A stretch of DNA of 64,000 bases from positions 186,001 through 250,000 of the forward strand of contig CAKKNE010000001.1 in the NCBI GenBank assembly GCA_918797485.1. The letters are read 5' to 3'. This stretch comes from Pelagomonas calceolata (lineage: Eukaryota). The notes under the pieces are model-generated. The model made no database searches, was not told the DNA's origin, and was given only the letters and a program-made list of their open reading frames with translations. Shown here piece after piece: positions 33,168-44,101 of the stretch (the first letter of the stretch is position 1; each line of letters opens with the position of its first letter). The position numbers and the translations under genes are program-made.

Positions 33168-35311
33168 ATGGGTGGTGTCACGGGCCCGGTTTACGGAGAC
33201 AAGCTCAAGGGCATCTCGGAGGAGAAGGCCGCCGACGCCGTGCAGCACGCGCTAGACCTCTGCAAGGCACCAAGACTCGCATACGGATATGTGGACCAAG
33301 TTGCCTATAATGATAGGTTCGTCCCCGCGTTCATGGCGCGCCTCGGCCTCAAGGACGTCAAGGAAGTGCCGGTACGGTCGGCGCTCGACCTCGTCCACCG
33401 GACCCACCTAGCTAAGAAAGAAGAAGAGACGCTCAACGCGCGGCACGAGACGTACCAAAATAAGAAGGACGAGTCGGACGAGGAGGAGTCGGGAAGTTCT
33501 GATGACGAAGACGAGGAGTCGGACGGCTTCGTCGGTTCTGATAGTGATGATGATGATGCTGCTGCTACTACTAAGGTGACGGCGGTCGTGCCGTGCGCCC
33601 CATTGCGCCGCCGCCTACGAAATGTTCCGAAGTCGGAGGACGACCTGCTCGCCGAGAAATTAGCTCCGGTCCACGACGCCCTCCGCAAGGCGGACTTAGC
33701 GTTACAGAAGGCCGTGAGAGACAAGTGCGCGACGCAGGAGGCCCTACGTGCTATCGGATTAAGCGGATTCGATAGCAGGGTTCTAGGGTTCGCCTTCGAG
33801 GACAAGGACTACGCCATCAAGTGGGCGGAAACCGCGCTCCCAGAAGAGCACGGTTTAGATTTCGCGTCGATGCCCACGTCACGGGAGGTCTGGCGCGGGC
33901 TCATCAGGTATCATCGAGGTCTGGCCGACGGCGTGCTCGAAAAGCGGATCACGGCCACGCGGGAGTGCTGCGCCGATCTCGACTTCGACCACAGAAGCAC
34001 GTATACCCAGAACGCGCACGTCGCGCCGGCTATACGTGCTGCTGCGGTCGCTGGGTCAAAGCGGAGGAAGATGAACGCGGACGCCGACGCCGAGGCCATC
34101 GAATCATTAAGGGAGTTCGAGGATGATCAGGGGGCGCTGCTCCCACCCAACAGTGCCTTCCACCGGTCCGTCGTGCCCCTACAAGTAGAACTTCTTCCCG
34201 ATCACGTTGCTCCAGATCTGACGCAATTGGTCTGGGCCAAGGACGCTGAGACCGGCCAGCCCGTATTGATCAAGGCGGGAGAGATGCAGGAGAAGGTGAT
34301 CTTAGGTCGGGGCTCCGAGTTTCAGCTCGGGCTCAGTAGTAGAGGCAAGGACCAGGAGCCCATCGGTCGGGTCGTGCGAGTGCATGATGGAGACGCGGCG
34401 CTGATGACGGGCGACGCGTGGAACGGCCATCCACTAGGTGATGGTACCTACGTCACGCACCGGGGCCGCGGGGGCCCGTTCGCTCTCTGTTTGGACTTCC
34501 GCGACCGGGCGTCGACGTGGGCCCTAGGCGGACATGACGACATGGACGCGGTTCGGTCGTCGCTCGGCCTCAAGCTCGTCTCGTCGACGGCGGTGGTCAC
34601 TACGGAAGGGACGCTCGAAGATTTCCGGCACGCGCGCTTCGAGAGCACGGGCGAGATCCCCGGCGGCTTGTCTGCTTTAATGGAGGACTGCGAGGTCCTG
34701 TGTGCGAAGATGCGCGACGCCTCCTCGGAAGCGGCGGGCGGCGAGGTGTGGCTAATTGGTGGGCTTCAGCTCGAGAGACTGGGTCGGAAGGGGGCGTCGG
34801 AAGGGACGACCCGGTTCAACATCGTCCAGTATTCGAGATGCGCGGGCTGCATGAACTCCCTCCAGAAGCTGAAGCTAGATTATCTGGAGTCGCAGGGCCT
34901 CAAGGCCCTACACCACGTCTCGCTCAAGGCGGCGCTGCTCGGCCACATCCAGGTGCGGCTCGTCGGATACGCGCACGCGGCGGCCGGGAACTTCCATCCT
35001 GATGGTTCAGTCGTCGGGCCGATCCGCTCCACGCGCATGGCGAACTCGGCTGCGATGGCGGCGCCCGCGAACTTGCGCTCGTGGAACTTCTCGAGCGGCA
35101 CGAGCGGCCCCATGCCCGCGCTCATGGGACCAGCCTTGGGGCCGTCGGTGTGAACCTCTCCCTTCCCACGCACCGCCACCGCGTAAGTGATACACCTTCA
35201 ACGAAGGATCAGTCTAGCCTCCCGCAGGCGTCCTTGGACATTCGTGCGGGTGCTTTGAACACTGCTTTCGTTAGTCCGGCGCACGCGCAACGGACGCACA
35301 ACGCGAGATAA
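33168..35311 (+). CDS. Hypothetical protein (probable short terminal exon after intron 35148-35227)
   Basis: 661-codon ORF with an acidic tract; GTGTGA...CCCGCAG joins a short exon ending at TAA 35311. Confidence 0.55.
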
Positions 35312-35966
35312 CGGGGTTAGAGGATGCAGTTGCGCCGCCGTCAAAACCATTTAATTTTGATTCGATCGACGTTGAATTTTGGTTTATCGAAGCCACGCTT
35401 GAGCTTGACTTGCTCGGGCTCGTCGGCGCCCCGCGACCGCCGCGGGGTGACTGGCCCGTGTCATTCGCGCTACCCGTCCTGGGGAGGACTGGGAGGCGTG
35501 GAGTGGGGCGGAGATGCGTAATGAGACCCGCCAAAATCGGTGGCTCCCAACAAGCTCCTTGCGAAACTCATCGAACCCGCATTTACGCCACGTCGCCGCC
35601 CGCGTCGCAATTTTACAACGCGCGCCGCGCATCGCGGCGCGGTCTCGATCGACCCTCGGCCGTCGCGGCGCGCGTCGCGCCCGGTCTCGCGCAAAACTAT
35701 TTTTGCCTGCTCGCATTTTCTACGCAAAAAGTCCGCGGACGCGCGCGCGCAAGCCCGCGAGGCGCCGCGCGGGACCACGGAAGCGGTCGGAGCCGCCACG
35801 GCCGCTGACGAGGCTAAAACCCGGCCTTGTAAGCAGCCAGCTCGCGTCTGCTTTCGAGACGCTTGGATGTATTACATCAAGCAAAACTAACCCTCCGGGC
35901 CCGCCCAACGCCATCGCCGCGCCAGCACGCCCGTCACGCCCCCCGCCCCGCAGACACAACAACAAA

Positions 35967-36644
35967 ATGGCCGCCTACCAGACCATCGAGACGCCCCTCG
36001 TCGCCGACAAGCCGGCCGGCAAGTCCCTCAAGGGCTTGGTGGCTGGCGCCGCCGCGGCCTCCTTCGTCCTCGGCGCGCTCGCCGCCACGGCCGTGTCCGC
36101 CACGGTCGCGGCGCCGACGACGTCCTTCTTCCGCCCCCTGTACGTCTTCGACCAGCAGCTGGGCACGACGACCTTCGACGAGTGCGTGGAGAAGTGCCCC
36201 ACGATCGACGACTTCTGGCACATCCCGTGCATCACGTCCTTCGACATGAACCACCAGCTCCTCGCCTGGATGACCAAGAAGTACGGCCCCGACAAGTCCT
36301 TCGCCTGGGTCGGCCACCGCGACAGCGACTGGGTCGAGCCGGAGTGCCAGGCGTTCCAGGACGCGCAGTTCAAGGGCGACATGGTCAAGCGCAACGGCTG
36401 CGCGTTCGAGGGCGACCTCTCGAAGCCCGAGTGCTCGGGCAGCGACTTCGACGGCGCCGACGGCTGCGCCGTCCTCGTCAACGCCCAAACGGACACGGGC
36501 GCCGCGGCGCTCAACCTCCCCGGGGGTTCGGTCACGTCCTACGAGCAGCTCCACGGCAACTGGATCAAGTCGACGGACTGCGAGTCCGCCGGATTGCCCG
36601 ACGACCAGAACGAGGTCAACTGCATCTGCCAGAAGATCATGTAA
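35967..36644 (+). CDS. Type II membrane protein with C-type-lectin-like Cys-rich domain
   Basis: N-terminal TM anchor; TFDECVEKC..IPCITS..N..AWVG..GCAVL..GNW..C..CICQ. Very high GC3. Confidence 0.65.
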   Translation: MAAYQTIETPLVADKPAGKSLKGLVAGAAAASFVLGALAATAVSATVAAPTTSFFRPLYVFDQQLGTTTFDECVEKCPTIDDFWHIPCITSFDMNHQLLAWMTKKYGPDKSFAWVGHRDSDWVEPECQAFQDAQFKGDMVKRNGCAFEGDLSKPECSGSDFDGADGCAVLVNAQTDTGAAALNLPGGSVTSYEQLHGNWIKSTDCESAGLPDDQNEVNCICQKIM

Positions 36645-36806
36645 GTCGCGGACGCCGCGGCTTCGAGGCGACGCTCCCCTTCCCCCCCCCGCTCACTCAT
36701 GGCTACGCGCCTGCCGTGACGTGGTTTCCCCTTCCCCCGCGCCGCCTCTTAAGCATCGAGTACACCCTTCGCGGCGACGAGGCGTATTGGATCACACATG
36801 TTACAA

Positions 36807-38787
36807 CTACGATACGCTTGCGAGGTAAGTTCGGACTCGTCGGGTCAAGTGATGTTCGGGGCCGTAGGCGCGCTCCCAAATTGCATGGGCGCGGCCGTAG
36901 TATTCGCGCGCCTTGGCTTGGTCGCCGAGGCCATCGCACAGATTACCGAGATTTGCGAGTGGTAAGGCCACATCCGGGTGGTCGCGGCCGTGCGCCCGCT
37001 CGTTGATCGCGAGCGCGCGCTCCAGCATGTCTCGCTTCTTCGCCTGGTCGCCTAATCTACCGTACGCATTACCGAGGTACGTCAGCGTGCGGGCCACTTG
37101 CGTGTGGTCGCGGCCATACGCCCGCTCGTTGATCGCGAGCGCGCGCTCCAGGACGTCTCGTGACTTCGCGTGGTCGCCCAAGTCGCCGTACGCGTTCCCG
37201 AGGTTCGTCAGCGTCTTGGCTACGTTCGGGTGGTCGCGGCCGTACGCCCGCTCGTTGATCGCGAGCGCGCGCTCCACCATGTCTCGCTTCTTCGCGTGGT
37301 CGCCTAAACTGCCGTACGCGTTCCCGAGGCTCGTCAGCGTGCTGGCCACTTCCGCGTGGTCGCGGCCGTAAGCTCGCTCCTTAATAGCGAGCGCGCGCTC
37401 CAGCATGTCTCGCTGCTTCGCGGGGTCGCCTAAGTAGCCGTACGCACTCCCGAGGTTCGTCAGCGTGAGGGCCACGCTCGTATGGTCGCGGCCGTACGCC
37501 CGCTCCTGGATCGCGAGCGCGCGCTCCTGCAGGTCGCGCAGCTTGTCGTAGTCGCCAAGGCCCCGTCACGCGTTCGAGATGATGAAACACGTCGGCGACT
37601 TTCGTACTATCTTCACCGTACTCGCGCTCGTAGATCGGGTGCGCCCGCTCCAAGGCGTCGCGCGCCTTGGCGTAGTCGTCGCCGAGGCGCCCGTACGCGA
37701 CCCCAAGATCAAACAGCGCCTTGCCCGCCTCCTTGCTCTCCGCACCAAACGCGCGCTCCTTCTCCGCTAAGATAGCTTCCCGGACCTTCACGACGCCCGC
37801 GGACTCCTGAATCGACGTGAGCAACGCGCAGAGACCGTCAAGCAATTTCGCGTCAGCACCAGAGCCGAGCACGTGGTCCACCAACTCATCCACATCGTTC
37901 GCCTCGTCGACTGGAAGCTTGCACAGCATCTCGAGCCGCTGCGCGACCGCGTCTGAATTGCCCAAGAAAAACGACCGAAAGTACTCGTAGACCGTGTGGC
38001 TCCGGTGCAGCGCCTCCGAATCTTTGATCGGCATGAGATGGATCTGAAGCTCGCACAAGTGCGTCACGTTCTCGACTTTCACGGCGACGTTCATCAAAAT
38101 GTCCTGGTAGCCGTTGAATAGTGGAGGATTAAAACGGTTCTTCGTCCGCACAATATCCACACGGTCGTCCGCTTCGAGCGACGCGTAGAGCTGCACGATG
38201 GCCTCCTCGGTCTGACATAGAGCCGCGCCGCGCGTAATATCAAAAAGCCAGCTGTAGCACGGCGCCGTCTTGTCCGCGTACTCGTCTCTCGCCTTGGCGC
38301 CGGCACGGTCGCGGCCCTTCAGCGGCGCAATTTTTAACGTGACGCCGTCGGGGCACGCGGCCGTCATAATCTGCTCAAACTGCACGCTCGCTAGCGCGGC
38401 GACCTCGTACAGCGCGTCGAGCGACGCGGCCGGCTCGCCGTCGAGGCCGCATTGCCGACACTCGTCGCCGAGACTCTTGCCCACCCAGGGGATCTCGCGC
38501 ACCGGGCCCTTGATGTGCACGCGCGCGATCTCTGCAATTTGCTCCCGTGCGGACTTGAACGCCTTCAGGTTGTGAAACATGCATTTCCGCGGGTCGAGCG
38601 CGCGCTCGTCGTGCTCCTTGGCGTGGGCCTCTATCGTGGGCCACGGCACCGTGCGCGTCCCGTCCGGGCCCTCGGTCGCGGCCGCATCAAAGGCTCGCTT
38701 AGCCTTGTCGTCGAAGAGGACGCCGACCTCGCTTTTTAGCCTTACTTCGGTGAGCGGTTTCCTGTCGGTCGACGCGCCTGAGCCCAT
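36807..38787 (-). CDS. RelA/SpoT-like nucleotidyltransferase domain + TPR array (frameshift ~37560-37580)
   Basis: MGSGAS; LKGRDRAGAKARDEY..DITRG..RTKNRF..GYQDILMNV..CELQIH; followed by 42-aa TPR repeats LGNAYGxLGDxAKxRDxLERALAIxERAYGRDH. Confidence 0.8.
36880..37560 (-). repeat. 126-bp coding tandem repeat (TPR), at least 5 copies
   Basis: TGGTCGCGGCC anchor at 36979, 37105, 37231, 37357 and 37483 (exact 126 period). Confidence 0.95.
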
Positions 38788-39226
38788 GTGCTATCGCGGG
38801 CTGTTGTTCCTATATGGAGGTATCTATGTGCTCTGGGCTTGCAGGCTGCCCCCAAGTGCCAGATCGCTGCGCGTATGGGCAATTCCTTTTTTTAAGGTGT
38901 AGCTGGTGTGTCGGCGCAGCCCCGATACAACTTAAGCACAGCAGCTGCTCAGTCTCGGATAAGCAGGATCATCGATCAGCCATCAGCTGATCAGCCAGCG
39001 CCGAGGGAGATGCCGAGGGCCCGGCTAGTGCCCGCGCGGCTCCGGCCGAAGACCGCCACGGCAGGACCCCCCGCCGCCGCCGCGACGCCTCCGCCGCCGG
39101 CGGGAAAGGCCAGACCGAGGCGGCGCCCCGGCACCGTTTTTTTTGGCTCAGAGTGCCACGGCTTCGCGCAAGAAGCTTGGGCCCGCGCCGAACGGGGCAG
39201 CCCTCGTCCCCAGGAGGCCCAGCACG

Positions 39227-40054
39227 ATGACCTTCCCCGCTTTGCTAGCCCACAGCAGCCCGCCCCTGCGGCTCTGGCGCTTCGCAGGGGTTGTTTTTTT
39301 GGTGGCGCAGGCCATCTCCGACTCCTTGTCGCTGCGGGACACGTGGAAGGCGAAGCATATTGTGGAACAGTGCCTCACGGACGGCGCGCCGCGCACCATC
39401 GAGGGCGTGGAATGCAATAGATGCATCACGAAGGCGTGGCAGAAGCCGGCCGTGGGCCACCCTGAGCGGCTCTACGATGAAAAACTGCACGCCTACGTGC
39501 ACCAGGTCGACTATATCGTGTGGTGGTACCTCTTGCTGGACATCTTCGTCCATTTGATTTCGGGACGAAAAGTGTCGAAGGACGGCTACAAGGACCTCAA
39601 ACCCCTATACCACTCCTACCTGAAGAGCTGGTGGTTCTCGGTCGATGTGGGGTGCTTGATGCCGGGCTTGATCTCGGCCTTACTGGCTTACATTCTACGA
39701 CGGACTGGGTTAAATCATCCGCTCCACTTCGCGGTGACGCACATAAAGATCAGGCTCCACCCGCCCAAGAAACTCATCCGGCCGGGCAAGATCATCCGGC
39801 AGCTCCTGTTCTCGCTGCTGCGCTTCGCGATGCACCACCGGCGACTCGTGAGGAGTCTGATCGCGGAGATCGAGATCGTCGCGCGCGTCGCGGAGACGGG
39901 TCGCTTGATCGCGCGGGAGACGCACGTCTTGGCGGAGCTCGAGGAGCAGTTCGAGGACGCGTACTACGCGCGCGGGTCTTTAAGGGCCGATAGCCCGAAG
40001 AACGCGCCGAGGCGGTCGTCGCCGCGCTTGGCGGAGCGGAAGAAGCTGCGGTGA
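39227..40054 (+). CDS. Membrane protein with CNG/KCNH-like S2-S3 segment
   Basis: VDYIVWWYLLLDIFVHL...YLKSWWFSVDVGCLMP; no pore loop visible. Start uncertain. Confidence 0.5.
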   Translation: MTFPALLAHSSPPLRLWRFAGVVFLVAQAISDSLSLRDTWKAKHIVEQCLTDGAPRTIEGVECNRCITKAWQKPAVGHPERLYDEKLHAYVHQVDYIVWWYLLLDIFVHLISGRKVSKDGYKDLKPLYHSYLKSWWFSVDVGCLMPGLISALLAYILRRTGLNHPLHFAVTHIKIRLHPPKKLIRPGKIIRQLLFSLLRFAMHHRRLVRSLIAEIEIVARVAETGRLIARETHVLAELEEQFEDAYYARGSLRADSPKNAPRRSSPRLAERKKLR

Positions 40055-40312
40055 CGTGCTGTCGTTCGATCGGTTCCGGTGCGTCTATCACGCGGCGGAG
40101 AGTAAGTTGTCTTCCTCTAAGATTTGCTCACGGGTTTTTTGCTCGATCCGATTTTGATTAAGGCCATTTACTCACGCTGTGTGGCTCGATCCGGCTGCAG
40201 AATTTGCACAGAGCAACGACATAGGTAGCTCCATCAACGGCGTCGGCGAATCCAGCCGTGTTTGCCCACAGCCTCACAAAGACTGCCGGAGAGCATATTT
40301 GTATTTCGAGCA

Positions 40313-41116
40313 ATGCGACGCGCAGCTGTCCTGTTGGGGGCAATCCTGCCGGTGGGCAGCGCGCTGCGAGTCGCAAGGCCAGCACCTCAGGCCGTCGACC
40401 GCCGCGCCTTCGCCGCCGCGCTCACAACATTAATACCGGGAGTAGCAAACGCAGCGCTGGCACGCGACGCGCCGCCGCCGCCGGGCATCCTCGAGAATAG
40501 GGACCGCGGCCTGAACGAGAAGGCTTTGATCGCGAACGATTTCTACTTCGTGACTGGACGGAAGCCGCCGCGCGTCCTCGACGTCCAAAACTTACCGCGT
40601 GACGATCCGAAATGGAACGCCTGGGGCGAGTGCGCATCCGGTTCTGACGGGTCGAACGCGTGCACGTACATTCCCCTGAAGCAGCGGTACGACGCCTACT
40701 CGAAGCACGGTTTAACGGTGCGAGCCGCCTCCGAGGACCTGGCCGACCTCGGCCAGGCCCTGCGGAAGAAAGATCTGAACACGGCTTCATTCTTGCTCGA
40801 CAGCGGCGAGAAGGGCAAGGCGCCTTCCTCGTTACGCCAGGCGTCGCGCAAGGCCCTGTTGTTGGCCGACGGGCTGCTTATCTCCGCGAACAGCGGCAGC
40901 CTCGGCCGCGAGGTCCTCGTGGCGAGGTACTACATCAACGAGTTCCACTACGCGACGGAGCGCATCGCCGATATGCTATCGGCGGACGACGTCGACTGGG
41001 CGGCCGCGGCGGAGTTGTGGCGCCTCGGCGCGGACTCGTACAACTCCTTCTTCGTCTGCGTCAACAAGGCGATTGTTCCGAAGGTCGGAGAGAAGTTTCT
41101 GGCGGTGCGGGTATAG
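40313..41116 (+). CDS. Probable plastid thylakoid-lumen protein of unknown function
   Basis: Signal peptide (GSA-L), DRRAF twin-Arg and ANA cleavage motif. Confidence 0.65.
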   Translation: MRRAAVLLGAILPVGSALRVARPAPQAVDRRAFAAALTTLIPGVANAALARDAPPPPGILENRDRGLNEKALIANDFYFVTGRKPPRVLDVQNLPRDDPKWNAWGECASGSDGSNACTYIPLKQRYDAYSKHGLTVRAASEDLADLGQALRKKDLNTASFLLDSGEKGKAPSSLRQASRKALLLADGLLISANSGSLGREVLVARYYINEFHYATERIADMLSADDVDWAAAAELWRLGADSYNSFFVCVNKAIVPKVGEKFLAVRV

Positions 41117-41132
41117 CTAATTCATCAAAATG

Positions 41133-41154
41133 CTAGCGGCATGTAAGACACTAG
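41133..41154 (-). promoter_or_regulatory. Representative copy of the recurrent CTAGTGTCTTACATGCCGCTAG intergenic motif
   Basis: Near-identical copies at 43907-43928, 2474-2494, 1319-1338, 54390-54410 and 31600-31622. Confidence 0.6.
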
Positions 41155-41226
41155 GCCTAGCTAGCAAGGAAGCACAGCTTGCCCTGGACACGGCTGGCTG
41201 CGGCATCCGGTGCGGGCGCGGCGTCC

Positions 41227-41440
41227 CGAGACGATTAAAAACCACGCGCAAAGCCCAGAGAACGAGTTGTGCTGCGCGCCCGCCGGCGAGGAGACCTTGC
41301 GAGCCCAAAAACCGCCCTGCCTCAAACGCCGGCGAACGCCATCGACGAGACGATTGAAAAGCACGCGAAGCGCAGAGAACGCCGGGAGAGACGGCGCGAG
41401 CCCAAAAAACCGCCCCGCCTCAAACGCCGTCGAAAACGCA
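41227..41440. repeat. Imperfect tandem duplication upstream of the COX4-like gene
   Basis: CGAGACGATT(A/G)AAA..CACGCG..CAGAGAACG..GCGAGCCCAAAAACCGCCC.GCCTCAAACGCCG occurs twice. Confidence 0.85.
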
Positions 41441-41446
41441 GGCACG

Positions 41447-41710
41447 ATGGCGACCGTCCACACGCGCCTCATCCAGTACCTGACGAAGCTCGGCGGCGGC
41501 CCCGCGCCCTGGGCGCCCGCGAACCTCGCGGGCACCGCGGCACTCTTCGGCGCGTCGGCCGTCTGCGCCGGGGCCTACACGCTCTGGGGGTCCTCCGGCG
41601 TGCCCGGCACGCACAAAAGCTCGCTCTGGCAGGAGGCGACGAACGCCTACCTCAAGTTCCAGGGGGCCGACCCGATCTCGTACCCGGAGGTCGGCAAGCC
41701 CAAATTTTAA
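41447..41710 (+). CDS. Small single-TM protein, cytochrome c oxidase subunit IV-like
   Basis: A TM helix then P.T....WQEATNAYLKFQGADPI, similar to the COX4/yeast Cox5 C-terminal motif. Confidence 0.55.
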   Translation: MATVHTRLIQYLTKLGGGPAPWAPANLAGTAALFGASAVCAGAYTLWGSSGVPGTHKSSLWQEATNAYLKFQGADPISYPEVGKPKF

Positions 41711-41714
41711 TACC

Positions 41715-42041
41715 ATGGCGGCGAGAATATTAATACTGATGGCGGCGGCTTCAGCTCTAAGTGTGACACGTCGCGTTTTGTTGCTCGCGTCTACCGGCGA
41801 CCAGGCGCGGCGTTTATTAAATGACCTCGACGAGGCGTCGTCGAGGCTCGACGCGTCCCTCAATACGAAGAGTCTCCCCACGGACCTCCCCTCGCGATTC
41901 AACGTGACGGCGGGCCCGGCCCAACGCACTGGGGTCAACCAAAGGACGGGCTACTGCTGGTACGAGCTCGCCGGCGAGTGGAGCCGTTTAGAAGGCGACC
42001 AGTGTTCGCAGCGGGACGCGAAGGGCCGACTCCAACCATAA
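41715..42041 (+). CDS. Small hypothetical protein with signal peptide
   Basis: MAARILILMAAASALSVTRRVLL plastid-like presequence. Confidence 0.4.
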   Translation: MAARILILMAAASALSVTRRVLLLASTGDQARRLLNDLDEASSRLDASLNTKSLPTDLPSRFNVTAGPAQRTGVNQRTGYCWYELAGEWSRLEGDQCSQRDAKGRLQP

Positions 42042-42054
42042 TACTTGATTGTTT

Positions 42055-43718
42055 TTACCCGGGCCCCGCCTCGCCGGACACGCCCAAAGCCGACGGCCGC
42101 GGCAGCTCGCCGCCGTAGTAGTTCCGCAGGCGCAGCAAGTCCGTCCGCGTCACGATGCCCAGCAGTCGGCCATCGTCTTCCACCACCGGAACCCGCCCGA
42201 CGGTCGTGACGAGGATCTCCTCGAGCCGCGCCAGAGGCGTATCCCGGCTGACGGTCGTCACCTGCGTGCGCATGACGCCCTTCACTTTATCATTTTGCCT
42301 TCCAGCTTTTTCAGCTTTAGAAACGTCGCTCATCTTCAGGACGCCCCGCAGCCGGCCCTTCGCGTCGACCTGTGTGGAAATCACCCAATGAGTCGGGTGC
42401 ACATCGCCACGCCATCGAGCTGGCGTCGCGTCGATGGCGTGGAGACGCGCCGCGACAATTTGATTTATGCACTGGCGTCGACGACGGCCGTCGCCTTCAG
42501 CGAGTGCGCATTTAACAATCGACGAGCGTCGGCGATGGTCGCGTCGTCCTTGAGCGTCACTACTGCGGATGTCATGATTGCGGCCGCCGTCGGCTCGGCT
42601 GGTATTTGCCCCAAGACGTACTCCCGCGCCACGTCGAGCACGTTCCGCGGCGCGCCCATGGCCTTGCGGTCGTTCTCCGGCACGGCCGCCGCCGCAGCTC
42701 TCGCGTGGCCGCCGCCTCCAAATTTGGACATCACTGTTCGGAGGTCGACCGTCGCGGCTCCCGGTCTGGCTCTTCCAATGAGGTCCAGGCCGTTCTGGTG
42801 CTCGCAGGCCATGATGAGCACGTCGGCAGCTGTGAGCTCGAGCAACTCTTCCACGACCGCGGCTAAGCCGGGCACGTAGCCTTTGCTGCGGACCGCGACC
42901 GTGGCGACGCCGACGCCGCGGTACAAACGCGACTCCACAGTTCTTAGAGCCGTCGCCAGGATCTTCCGCTGATCTCCGCTTATTCGTTCCACCCCGAACT
43001 CTGCGATGGCGGCTTGGGACGCGCCCTTGCGCAGCAGCCACGCTAAAGCGTCGGCGTCTCGCGCCGTCGTCGTCTCGTAGGCGAGGCCGCCTGTGTCCGC
43101 CCGGATGCCTAGCACGTACAACGTTGCTTCCGGTACTGATGGGGTCACGTCGGCGTCCCGGAGTCGCTCCACTCATGGCGTAGTGGTGCTACCAACGGGT
43201 TCAACCACGACCTCCGTGGCATGCAGTCCCAACGACTCGGACTCCTCGCCCTCGCCCCCGACGTGGTGGTCGTAGACGTGCAGCGACTGCGCGAGACTGA
43301 GCCATCTTTTCGACCGTCCTAGGCGCGCGGCCCGACGCGCGTCGACAACGCCCAATGCCTCAATATCAGACCCGTCGATGGTCTTGAAACCGCGCACGGG
43401 CAACACATGCTTGTGGTAGGCCAGGAACCGCTGGACCACCGGCACCGCGCCGCGTGGCATGACGACGCGCGCCGGCACGAGTGAAAACTCCGGGTCCCGG
43501 CCCCATAGAGAAGCTAAGGCGCAGGCCGCGGCGAGCGAGTCGAAGTCGCAGTTTGTGGTGGTGAGGACGACGTTGCAGGGCTCGGCCGTAATCTCGGCGA
43601 CAGGTTCTTGCGTCGCGGCGCGGAGTGCAGTGCTGCACTTTGGCCTTGGTGCAAGGAAACCTCCCGCCGTTTGCGTGATGGCCAGGAGCGCTGCGGCGAC
43701 TCGTCGTGTTCGCGGCAT
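42055..43718 (-). CDS. Plastid-targeted DHH/DHHA1 + tandem CBS protein (like the N-terminal part of cyanobacterial A-adding tRNA nucleotidyltransferase); in-frame TGA 43173-43175; intron 42370-42482
   Basis: NCDFDSLAA, VYDHH, GIRADTG, FGGGGHARAAAA and two CBS domains (VPVVEDDGRLLGIVTRTDLLR). Confidence 0.8.
42362..42482 (-). mobile_element. Introner-like element: 8-bp TSD GCGTCGAC (42362-42369 / 42475-42482), TIRs CTGTGTGGAAATCA / TGATTTATGCACTG
   Basis: Exact TSD and imperfect 14-bp TIR. Splicing from the TSD GT to the element CAG restores AV|VDAKGRL and joins two ORFs in frame. Confidence 0.9.
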
Positions 43719-44101
43719 TGCTGCGACGCGCGCTGCAGCTGCCCTCCTGCTTGCTCTTCGTTGCACGCTTGCTCCTAGCTACCGCAACGCAGAGAAGGCG
43801 TAGCCAGCGTGCCTCAGGGCTGCGATAGGACGTCCCGTGGCCTTATTCTTGATATTGTGAACGTGCACGGGGTTTGTTGCGGGTGCAAGCGCGCGCCGAG
43901 GTCTCTCTAGTGCCTTACATGCCGCTAGCTAAATCCGTAATCGGGAGACCAGCCTCTCGCTCGGAGCCTGAGCCTCCGCTGGCGTTCGCGCAGCGGCACG
44001 CCACAGCTTAAACGCACCGGAACTGGTCAGAGATCTGCCGCTCCATCCCTGGACCAGCGGGCGTGGTCATCCCGTACATCCTTACCGGCCGAGCCGCAGC
44101 A

